In this document: positions 21,549-28,784 of the stretch, one piece after another | How positions within the stretch are numbered: position 1 is the first letter of the stretch | How the letters are laid out: every line of letters begins with the position of its first letter | Assembly (NCBI RefSeq): GCF_000284115.1 | Contig: NC_017080.1 | Location: 3,450,001 to 3,482,000 of the forward strand | Direction: 5' to 3' | DNA: 32,000 bases | Source: Phycisphaera mikurensis NBRC 102666 | Lineage (GTDB): Bacteria; Planctomycetota; Phycisphaerae; Phycisphaerales; Phycisphaeraceae | The notes under the pieces: model-generated | Seen by the model: only the letters and a program-made list of their open reading frames with translations | Databases searched by the model: none | What the model was told of the DNA's origin: nothing | Made by a program: the position numbers and the translations under genes

Positions 21549-22316
21549 TTGTTCGAGCTGACCCGAACCCTCCGCTTCTGCCCCTCGGGCGACCCCGGGG
21601 CCCCGCGGGACAACGCCCACGCCGCGTGGCCGCCGCCGCGTGGGCTCGCGGGCGTCCTGAGCCTCGATCTCACCATCGCCGGCCGGCCCGACCCCGGCAC
21701 CGGCGTGCTGCTGAACGTCAAGGACCTCGACGCCGCCTTCGCCGCCGCGGCGCTGCCGCGCTTCCGCGCCGCCGCGGGAGCGGAGCCCGCCGGCCTGCTG
21801 CGGGGCGTGGCGCAGGCGCTGGCGCCGACGCTGCCCTTCCCGCTCCTGCGGTTGCGGCTCTCCGCCTCCGCGTCCGCCTCCACCGAGCTCCGACCCGCCG
21901 ACATGTCCCGCGTCATCCTCCGCCAGCGATTCTCCTTCTCCGCCGCCCACCGGCTGCAAGCCGACGCCCTGAGCGAAGAGGAGAACCGGACGCTCTTCGG
22001 CAAGTGCAACCGTCCGAGCTTCCACGGCCACAACTACGAGCTGGAGGTCGCGGCCGCCGCCGCAATCGCCCCCGATGGACGCTCGCTGGAGCCCGCCGCG
22101 CTCGACGCCGCCGTCCGGACCCGCGTGATCGACACGCTCGACCACCGCAACCTCAACACCGACGTCGCCGCCTTCGCCACCCGCAATCCGACCGTCGAGC
22201 ACATCGCCCAGACGTGCTGGGACCTGCTCGCCGGCGGTCTGCCCGAGGGGGCCGAGCTCCAGGAGGTGGTCGTCTGGGAGACCGACCGGACCAGCTGCGC
22301 CTACCGCGGCGGCTAG
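21549..22316 (+). CDS. 6-pyruvoyl-tetrahydropterin synthase / QueD family protein, two tandem T-fold halves
   Basis: The C-terminal half carries the family signature FSFSAAHRL...EENRTLFGKCNRPSFHGHNYELEV...LDHRNLN. The N-terminal half (FELTRTLRFCP...GVLLNVKDLD) resembles a degenerate second copy. No ATG is available after the divergent TPR gene start, so TTG 21549 is proposed as the start and is uncertain. Confidence 0.75.
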   Translation: MFELTRTLRFCPSGDPGAPRDNAHAAWPPPRGLAGVLSLDLTIAGRPDPGTGVLLNVKDLDAAFAAAALPRFRAAAGAEPAGLLRGVAQALAPTLPFPLLRLRLSASASASTELRPADMSRVILRQRFSFSAAHRLQADALSEEENRTLFGKCNRPSFHGHNYELEVAAAAAIAPDGRSLEPAALDAAVRTRVIDTLDHRNLNTDVAAFATRNPTVEHIAQTCWDLLAGGLPEGAELQEVVVWETDRTSCAYRGG

Positions 22317-22336
22317 AGCGGCTTTACGGTGGGCCG

Positions 22337-22705
22337 ATGCGCCCCGCTTCCCTGCTCGCCGTTGCGGCCGACACCACCTCCGGGGCGGACTTCGACGAGC
22401 AGAAGGCCGTCGTCGCCGCCGCCGCCGGCCTCGTGCTCATCCTGCTGCTGCTGCTGATCGCGCTGGTCATGGTCACGCTGCTGTGGCGACGCACCGGCAA
22501 GCGGGGCAACGGTCTGGAGCGTGACCTCTCGGCGCTGCGGGCGAAGGTGGACAGCCTCGAGGACCTCTGGGCCGAGGCCGGAACGCGCTACGGGACGGGC
22601 GCCTCGACCTCGAAGCGACCGCGGGGCGGGGACGGCCCGCCGCCGGGGGGCCGGAGCCTCGACGCCGGCGGCGACGACGACGGCCCGCCGCCGCCGGGGT
22701 TCTGA
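22337..22705 (+). CDS. hypothetical single-pass membrane protein
   Basis: ATG 22337; 122 aa with one TM helix (AAAGLVLILLLLLIALVMVTLLW), a positively charged flank, a short coiled segment and a Pro/Gly/Asp tail. High GC3. Confidence 0.5.
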   Translation: MRPASLLAVAADTTSGADFDEQKAVVAAAAGLVLILLLLLIALVMVTLLWRRTGKRGNGLERDLSALRAKVDSLEDLWAEAGTRYGTGASTSKRPRGGDGPPPGGRSLDAGGDDDGPPPPGF

Positions 22706-22740
22706 CGCGCCAAGCCCGAGCGGGCCGGTAGTTTGCTTCC

Positions 22741-23817
22741 ATGAGCCTCTCCATCGCTGTGATCGCCGGTGACGGCATCGGTCCCGAAGTCGTCGATGCC
22801 GCGTTGGAGGTGCTCGACGCAACCGGGCTGGCCACCGAGCGGGAAGCGTTCCCCTTCTCCGCCGCCCACTACCTCCAGACCGGGGCGGTTCTCACCGACG
22901 CCGACGTCCGGCGTCTCCGCCGCTTCGACGCGATCCTGCTCGGCGCCGTGGGCGGGCAGCCCAACGACCCGCGGCTCGCGGGCGGCGTCATCGAGAAGGG
23001 GATCCTGCTGAAGCTCCGCTTCGACCTGGACCAGTACGTCAACTACCGGCCGGTCAAGCTCTACCCCGGCATCGACACGCCGCTGCGGGGACGCGGGCCG
23101 GAGGACATCGACTTCGTCTGCATCCGCGAGAACACCGAGGGCCTCTACGCCGGCATGGGCGGCGCCGCCCGCGTGGGCACGCCGCAGGAGGTCAGCACGC
23201 AGACCATGCTGACGACCGCCTTCGGCGTCGAGCGTTGCGTGCGGTACGCCTTCGGCGTCGCGCAGCACCGGGAACGCGCGCACCTCACGCTGATCCACAA
23301 GACCAACGTCCTGACGCACGCCGGCGCGACCTGGAAGCGCGTCTTCGACGGCGTCGCCGCGGAGTTCCCGCAGGTCGAGACCGGCTACCACCACGTCGAC
23401 GCCTGCTGCATGCACATGGTCGCGAACCCCGGCCAGTACGACGTGCTCGTGGTGCCCAACATGTTCGGCGACATCATCACCGACCTGGGCGCCGCCATCG
23501 CCGGCGGCATGGGCATCGCCGCCAGCGGCAACCTCAACCCCGACGGCACCGCCCCGTCGATGTTCGAGCCCGTCCACGGATCCGCTCCCGACATCGCCGG
23601 TCAGAACCTTGCCAACCCCATCGCCGCCATCGACTCGCTCGGGCTCCTGCTCCGCGAGACCGGCCGCATCAAGGGCGACGGCGAAGCGGTGGAGGCCGGC
23701 GACCGCGTGGGCGAAGCCGTGCGGGCGGTGACGCCGCGCTTCGCCGGCAAGGGGCTCGACCGCAGCGGCTACGGCACGGACGAGGTGACCGCGATGGTCA
23801 TCGCGGCCCTCGCCTGA
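22741..23817 (+). CDS. leuB: 3-isopropylmalate dehydrogenase-type enzyme (isocitrate/isopropylmalate/tartrate dehydrogenase family)
   Basis: 358 aa; IAVIAGDGIGPEV, LLGAVG, NYRPVKLYPG, IRENTEGLY, LIHKTNVL, NMFGDIITDL and SMFEPVHGSAPDIAGQ motifs. Closely resembles short actinobacterial-type LeuB (from memory). Confidence 0.8.
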   Translation: MSLSIAVIAGDGIGPEVVDAALEVLDATGLATEREAFPFSAAHYLQTGAVLTDADVRRLRRFDAILLGAVGGQPNDPRLAGGVIEKGILLKLRFDLDQYVNYRPVKLYPGIDTPLRGRGPEDIDFVCIRENTEGLYAGMGGAARVGTPQEVSTQTMLTTAFGVERCVRYAFGVAQHRERAHLTLIHKTNVLTHAGATWKRVFDGVAAEFPQVETGYHHVDACCMHMVANPGQYDVLVVPNMFGDIITDLGAAIAGGMGIAASGNLNPDGTAPSMFEPVHGSAPDIAGQNLANPIAAIDSLGLLLRETGRIKGDGEAVEAGDRVGEAVRAVTPRFAGKGLDRSGYGTDEVTAMVIAALA

Positions 23818-23825
23818 AGCGTCCT

Positions 23826-23848
23826 CCCGCCGGGCGGAACCCGGCGGG
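23826..23848 (+). terminator. GC-rich hairpin after leuB (possible terminator, no U-tract)
   Basis: CCCGCCGGG-CGGAA-CCCGGCGGG, a 9-bp perfect stem starting 9 nt after the TGA. No T-run follows. Confidence 0.25.
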
Positions 23849-23941
23849 GCCCCGGCTCCGTACACCTCTACCTCCCGGCGTGGCGGAACCCCGCTGCGCC
23901 CCGCCCGCTTCGACCCACCGCCCCCTCCCCCGGAGACCCTC

Positions 23942-25054
23942 ATGCGCCTCGCTCCTTCCACCCTCGCCCTCCTCGCCGCCGCCCTCCTCGCCGGCCCCGC
24001 CGCCGCCCAGGAAGCCCCCGCGGCGGAGGCGCCCGCGGCCGACGCCCCCGCGACCGGGGCGGCCCCCCTCCCCGAGCGCCTCCAGGCCGCCGGTGCGGAG
24101 CTGCGGCAGGTGCTCGCCTCCCCCGACGCGGTGCTCGATCCGGAACAGCGCGAGGCCAATCGGGACCGGGTGGTGCCGGCGATCTTGAAGATGCGCGGCC
24201 TGCTCAGCGAGGGCATCGAGGCCGGCATGGTGCCGCCCGCCGCCACCGGCGAGTTCGACATGATGCTCGCCCTCTACGAGCATGAGGAGACGGTGGAGCG
24301 GCTGGAGGCCGAAGCGGAAGCCGAAGGCCCCGCGGCCGACGGCGCCTTCGGCTCGCTCGTCGCGGCCGACGCCCTGGCCGCCACCGACGACGCCGGTCGC
24401 GACGCCGCGGTCGGGCGCTTCGCCGACCGGGCCGCCGAGCGGCCCGACAGCGAGGCGCTGGTCGGCGTCGGCGGCATGCTCATGAGCCTGCCGGGGATGG
24501 GTGAGGCCCAGCGTGAGCGGGTGATGGCGGTGCTGGACGAGACGCTCACCAGCGAGGGCGCCGCCCGCGTGGTGGCCGGGATGAAGGCGGAGTCCGAGGC
24601 CGAGGGCAAGCTCGACGCGCTCGTCGGCCAGCCGCTGGTGCTCGCGGGAACGACCGCCGACGGCGGCACGGTCTCCACCGCCGACTGGAAGGGCAAAGTC
24701 GTGCTGGTCGACTTCTGGGCCACCTGGTGCGGGCCGTGCATCGCCGAGCTGCCGAAGGTGAAGAAGGCCTACGCCGACTACAAGGACCAGGGCCTGGAGG
24801 TGCTGGGCGTCAGCTGCGACGCCTCCGCCGAGGACGTCACCTCCTTCGTCGCCGACCAGGACGGGATGCCGTGGCCGAACCTCTTCGAAGAGGGCCAGGA
24901 CGGCTGGCACCCGCTCGCCACCGAGCTCGGCGTGCGGGCGATCCCGACCATGTTCCTCATCGACCGGGCCGGGATCGTCCGCAGCGTGACCGCGCGGGAG
25001 GATTACAAGGAGCTGATCCCGGTGCTGCTCGCCGAGGAAGCGCCGTCGATGTGA
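23942..25054 (+). CDS. secreted TlpA/ResA-like thiol:disulfide oxidoreductase with N-terminal domain of unknown function
   Basis: 370 aa; signal peptide MRLAPSTLALLAAALLAGPAAAQE. The C-terminal thioredoxin fold carries the FWATWCGPC active site and a GVRAIPTMFLIDRAG motif. Confidence 0.8.
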   Translation: MRLAPSTLALLAAALLAGPAAAQEAPAAEAPAADAPATGAAPLPERLQAAGAELRQVLASPDAVLDPEQREANRDRVVPAILKMRGLLSEGIEAGMVPPAATGEFDMMLALYEHEETVERLEAEAEAEGPAADGAFGSLVAADALAATDDAGRDAAVGRFADRAAERPDSEALVGVGGMLMSLPGMGEAQRERVMAVLDETLTSEGAARVVAGMKAESEAEGKLDALVGQPLVLAGTTADGGTVSTADWKGKVVLVDFWATWCGPCIAELPKVKKAYADYKDQGLEVLGVSCDASAEDVTSFVADQDGMPWPNLFEEGQDGWHPLATELGVRAIPTMFLIDRAGIVRSVTAREDYKELIPVLLAEEAPSM

Positions 25055-25107
25055 GCGGCGAGGCGGCCGCCCCGGGCCGCCGACCCCAGGAGCCGAGGAG
25101 CCGCGAC

Positions 25108-25155
25108 GCCGCGGACCGCCGGCCGGCCGAGCCCCCCCGCCCCGCGGTCCGCGGC
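25108..25155. repeat. REP-like palindromic element (GCCGCGGACCGC ... GCGGTCCGCGGC)
   Basis: 12-bp perfect arms and a 24-nt loop, about 55 nt downstream of the TlpA-like stop. May double as a terminator hairpin, but there is no U-tract. Confidence 0.6.
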
Positions 25156-25187
25156 GCGGGCGCAGAACCCGCACGCGCCGCCGGCGT

Positions 25188-25199
25188 ATTGTCGACAAT
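25188..25199. promoter_or_regulatory. perfect 12-bp palindrome ATTGTCGACAAT, candidate operator upstream of the hydrolase gene
   Basis: Self-complementary, locally AT-rich in a very GC-rich context, 58 nt upstream of ATG 25257. Confidence 0.3.
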
Positions 25200-25256
25200 C
25201 AACCGGCCCCGCACCCGGGCGTCGGCCGATTCGCCGCTCCCCTCCCCAGGCCGCTC

Positions 25257-27464
25257 ATGCCCACGCTCCCCCGCCTCCCTCACGCCGTGCTCGCCGGGCT
25301 CCTGCTCTGCCCCGCGGGGGTTGCCGCCGCCGCGGCGGACACCGCTCAGAACGCCAACGACGCGCACGGCGAGACCCGCACCGCCTCCGCGCGGCCTGAC
25401 ACGCCGCTGACCACCGCGTCGGAGACGCTCATCGACTTCTCGCCGGAAGCCGGCTACGACGCGCCGCTCGCCGGCAACGCGATGACCGCCGAGCGGACCG
25501 AGCACCGGGGGCAGACCTGGCTGGAGGTCCGCACCGGCACCGGCAACGACTACCCCGGGATGAGCCTGCCGGCGCCCAACGGCTCCTGGGACCTCCGCGG
25601 CCGCCGGACGGTGGCCCTGGACGTCGTCAACCTCACGGACGAGCCGATGCAGCTGGCGATCGGCGTGAACATGCCCGGCGGCGACCAGGACGCCCAGAAG
25701 CGCATCTGGAACGCCCGCGACTTCGGCCCGCGCGAAGCCGCGACGCTGGAGATCGAGCTGTGCAACACGCCCTGGGTGCTGGACCCGCCGCTGGACCTGG
25801 TGGGCATGCGCTCCGCCCCGGGCCAAAGCCCGATCGACCTCCGCGAGATCGTCAAGGTGGTCCCCTTCCTGCGGACCCCCAAGACCGAGCACCACTTCCT
25901 GTTGGGCAACCTCCGCGCCGAGGGCATCCTCGACGTGCTCGACTCGGCGGACTTCCTGCCCTTCATCGACCGCTACGGCCAATTCAACAAGAGCGAGTGG
26001 CCCGGCAAGATCCACAGCGACGCCGAGCTGGCCGAGCAGCTCGCCGCCGAGCGGGCCGCGCACGCCGCCCGGCCCGAGCGGGCCGACGTCAACCGCTGGG
26101 GCGGCTGGACGGCCGGCCCGCAGCTGGAGGCCACCGGCCACTTCCGCACCGCGAAGCACGGCGGCATGTGGTGGCTGGTCGACCCCGACGGCCGGCTGTT
26201 CTGGTCGCACGGCGTCGACTGCGTGGACCCGCGTTTCGGCGGCACCGGCGTCGAGCACCGCGAGTCCTACTTCGCGTGGCTCCCGCCGGTCGAGGCGGGC
26301 GGGGACGACCCGCTGAGCGAGCACTACGGCGTGGGCGGCTGGGCCCCGCACGGCTTCTACGCCGACAAGGTGCCCTTCCGGATGTACGACTTCTACAACG
26401 CGAACCTGCACCGCAAGTTCGGGGACGACTGGCGGACCGGCTTCGCCGACCTCGCCCACGACCGCATCCACGCCTGGGGCATGAACACCGTCGCCGCCTG
26501 GGGCAGCGCCGCCGTCTACGGCCAGAAGAAGACGCCCTACACCGCCTTCGTCTGGATCAACGAGAGCCCGAAGATCGCCGGCAACAGCGGCTACTGGGGC
26601 CAGATCCACGACGTCTTCGACCCCCGCTTCCGCGCCGCCGTGCGGAAGAGCATCCAGGACGTGGAGACCGACGCCGGCGAATCCACCGATCCCTGGAACA
26701 TCGGCTACTTCGTGGACAACGAGATCCAGTGGGGCTCGCCGACCGGACTCGCCATCGACGTCCTGACCAGCCCGGCCGAGCAGGCTGCGAAGAAGGTTCT
26801 CGTCGAGGACCTCCGGGAGACCCACGGCGAGATCGCCTCGCTCAACGCCGCCTGGGGCACGTCCTACGCCTCTTGGGATGCGCTGCTGCGGAGCACCGCC
26901 GCCCCGCCCGATGCCGAGCGTGCCGCGCCGGACCTCCGCCCCTTCAACCTGAAGATCTACGACACCTACTTCCGGACCGTGAAGGAGGAGCTGCGGAAGA
27001 TCGCCCCGGACAAGCTGTACCTCGGCTGCCGCTTCGCGTGGCAGAACGACGAGGTCGTCCGCGCCTCCGCCCGGTACTGCGACGTGGTGAGCATGAACAA
27101 GTACGAGTTCGACGTGTCGACGCTGCGGCTGCCCGCCGACATCGACCGCCCGCTGATCATCGGCGAGTTCCACTTCGGCGCCAACGACCGCGGCATGTTC
27201 CACGCCGGCCTCAAGAAGGTCGACGACGCGGCCGCCCGCGGCGACGCCTACCGCCACTACGTCGGCGGCGCCGTCCGCAACCCGCAGATCGTCGGCACCG
27301 GCTGGTTCCAGTACATGGACCAGGCCAGCGTCGGCCGCGCCGACGGCGAGAACTACAACGTCGGCCTGGTCACCACCACCGACACGCCCCACGCCGAACT
27401 CGTCGAAGCCATCCGCGACGTCGGCGACGCGATGTACGAGGACCGCCTGGCCGCGGGGCAGTGA
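25257..27464 (+). CDS. secreted clan GH-A (beta/alpha)8 glycoside hydrolase, GH50 (beta-agarase)-like
   Basis: 735 aa; signal peptide, then an N-terminal beta-sandwich-like region. The TIM-barrel part has an Asn-Glu acid/base motif (FVDNEIQWG) and a nucleophile motif (IIGEFHFGANDRG), plus GTGWFQYMDQASVGRADGENYNVGLV. I recall this pattern from proteins annotated as agarase/GH50, so the family assignment is tentative. Confidence 0.6.
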   Translation: MPTLPRLPHAVLAGLLLCPAGVAAAAADTAQNANDAHGETRTASARPDTPLTTASETLIDFSPEAGYDAPLAGNAMTAERTEHRGQTWLEVRTGTGNDYPGMSLPAPNGSWDLRGRRTVALDVVNLTDEPMQLAIGVNMPGGDQDAQKRIWNARDFGPREAATLEIELCNTPWVLDPPLDLVGMRSAPGQSPIDLREIVKVVPFLRTPKTEHHFLLGNLRAEGILDVLDSADFLPFIDRYGQFNKSEWPGKIHSDAELAEQLAAERAAHAARPERADVNRWGGWTAGPQLEATGHFRTAKHGGMWWLVDPDGRLFWSHGVDCVDPRFGGTGVEHRESYFAWLPPVEAGGDDPLSEHYGVGGWAPHGFYADKVPFRMYDFYNANLHRKFGDDWRTGFADLAHDRIHAWGMNTVAAWGSAAVYGQKKTPYTAFVWINESPKIAGNSGYWGQIHDVFDPRFRAAVRKSIQDVETDAGESTDPWNIGYFVDNEIQWGSPTGLAIDVLTSPAEQAAKKVLVEDLRETHGEIASLNAAWGTSYASWDALLRSTAAPPDAERAAPDLRPFNLKIYDTYFRTVKEELRKIAPDKLYLGCRFAWQNDEVVRASARYCDVVSMNKYEFDVSTLRLPADIDRPLIIGEFHFGANDRGMFHAGLKKVDDAAARGDAYRHYVGGAVRNPQIVGTGWFQYMDQASVGRADGENYNVGLVTTTDTPHAELVEAIRDVGDAMYEDRLAAGQ

Positions 27465-27487
27465 CCGGCACGCGGACCCGACCGCGC

Positions 27488-28670
27488 CTCTGAGCCGCCA
27501 CATCCACGGAGTGGATGAGCCACCCGCCCAGGTGGCTCATCGACTCCGTCGATGTAGAAGCCGAATGCAACCGGAACCGCCCGAAGCCGCGACCGGGCGT
27601 CGTTCCCGCTTCCAGCTCATCCGTCCGTCTGAGCCGCCACATCCACGGAGTGGATGAGCCACCCGCCCAGGTGGCTCATCGACTCCGTCGATGTAGAAGC
27701 CGGATGCAACCGAGACGGCCCGGAGCCGCAACCGGGCGTGGTTCCCCGCTCCCGCTCCTCCGTCCGCCCGAGCCGCCACATCCACGGAGTGGACGAGCCA
27801 CCCGCCCAGGTGGCTCATCGACTCCGTCGATGTAGAAGCGGATTGCAACCGAGACGGCCCGGAGCCGCAACCGGGCGTGGTTCCCCGCTCCCGCTCCTCC
27901 GTCCGTCTGAGCCGTCACATCCACGGAGTGGACGAGCCACCCGCTCAGGTGGCTCATCGACTCCGTCGATGTAGAAGCCGACTGCAACCGAGACGGCCCG
28001 AAGCCGCGACGGGGCCGGCTTCCCACTTCCAGCACATCCGTCTGCCTAAGCCGCCACATCCACGGAGTGGATGAGCCACCCGCTCAGGTGGCTCATCGAC
28101 TCCGTCGATGTAGAAGCCGGATGCAACCGAGACGGCCCGAAGCCGCAACCGGGCGTCGTTCCCCGCTCCCGCTCCTCCGTCTGCCTAAGCCGCCACATCC
28201 ACGGAGTGGATGAGCCACCCGCTCAGGTGGCTCATCGACTCCGTCGATGTAGAAGCCGACTGCAACCGAGACGGCCCGAAGCCGCGACCGGGCGTCGTTC
28301 CCCGCTCCCGCTCCTCCGTCCGCCCGAGCCGCCACATCCACGGAGTGGATGAGCCACCCGCTCAGGTGGCTCATCGACTCCGTCGATGTAGAAGCCGACT
28401 GCAACCGAGACGGCCCGAAGCCGCAATCGGGCGTGGTTCCCCGCTCCCGCTCATCCGTCTGCCTCAGCCGCCACATCCACGGAGTGGATGAGCCACCCGC
28501 TCAGGTGGCTCATCGACTCCGTCGATGTAGAAGCCGACTGCAACCGAGACGGCCCGAAGCCGCAACCGGGCGGGCTTCCCGCTTCCCGCTCATCCGCGCC
28601 CCTACGCCGCCACATCCACGGAGTGGATGAGCCACCCGACCGCAGGTGGCTCATCGACTCTGCCGATTGG
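27488..28670. repeat. tandem array of 139-bp units (8 full + 1 degenerate), each with a 54-nt near-perfect hairpin
   Basis: Unit starts are 27492, 27631, 27770, 27909, 28048, 28187, 28326, 28465 and 28604. The (A[T/C]G)AGCCACC landmark recurs at 27515 + n*139 for n = 0-8. The consensus hairpin is CATCCACGGAGTGGATGAGCCACC / CGCYCA / GGTGGCTCATCGACTCCGTCGATG, for example 27501-27554. Confidence 0.95.
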
Positions 28671-28784
28671 GAGGCTCGACGAATCCCGAGGCGGCCGGCA
28701 GCCGCTCCATCCGCGGGATCTCCTCCCGCTTGGTTGGGGCGTCCTTCGTCGTCTCCATCGCGCCACCCGGACGAGCGACCCGAC

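Noticed and set aside
27515-28654. Overlapping 64-127-aa ORFs on both strands inside the array (e.g. MSHPLRWLIDSVDVEA..., MSHLSGWLIHSVDV...)
   Set aside because: The 139-nt period is not divisible by 3, so each ORF crosses units in shifting frames. The ORFs overlap each other in all frames and on both strands, and their ATGs lie inside the hairpin stem, mirrored on the other strand by the palindrome. Composition is Arg/Pro/Ser-rich. They are by-products of the repeat in GC-rich DNA.
27488-28670. CRISPR array interpretation (repeat of about 70 bp with spacer of about 69 bp)
   Set aside because: The putative spacers are homologous to one another (same length, mosaic point differences), and the conserved part is far longer than CRISPR repeats. 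No cas genes or leader are visible. The short resemblance of the tail string GTTCCCCGC to type I-E repeats lacks the matching palindrome and is most likely coincidental.
28651-28758. 35-aa sORF METTKDAPTKREEIPRMERLPAASGFVEPPNRQSR between the aldolase stop and the last repeat unit
   Set aside because: Its composition is less junk-like than the neighbouring spurious ORFs, but it has no SD, no recognisable motif, and terminates by running into the repeat hairpin. It cannot be supported from sequence alone and is worth checking only if ribosome-profiling data exist.
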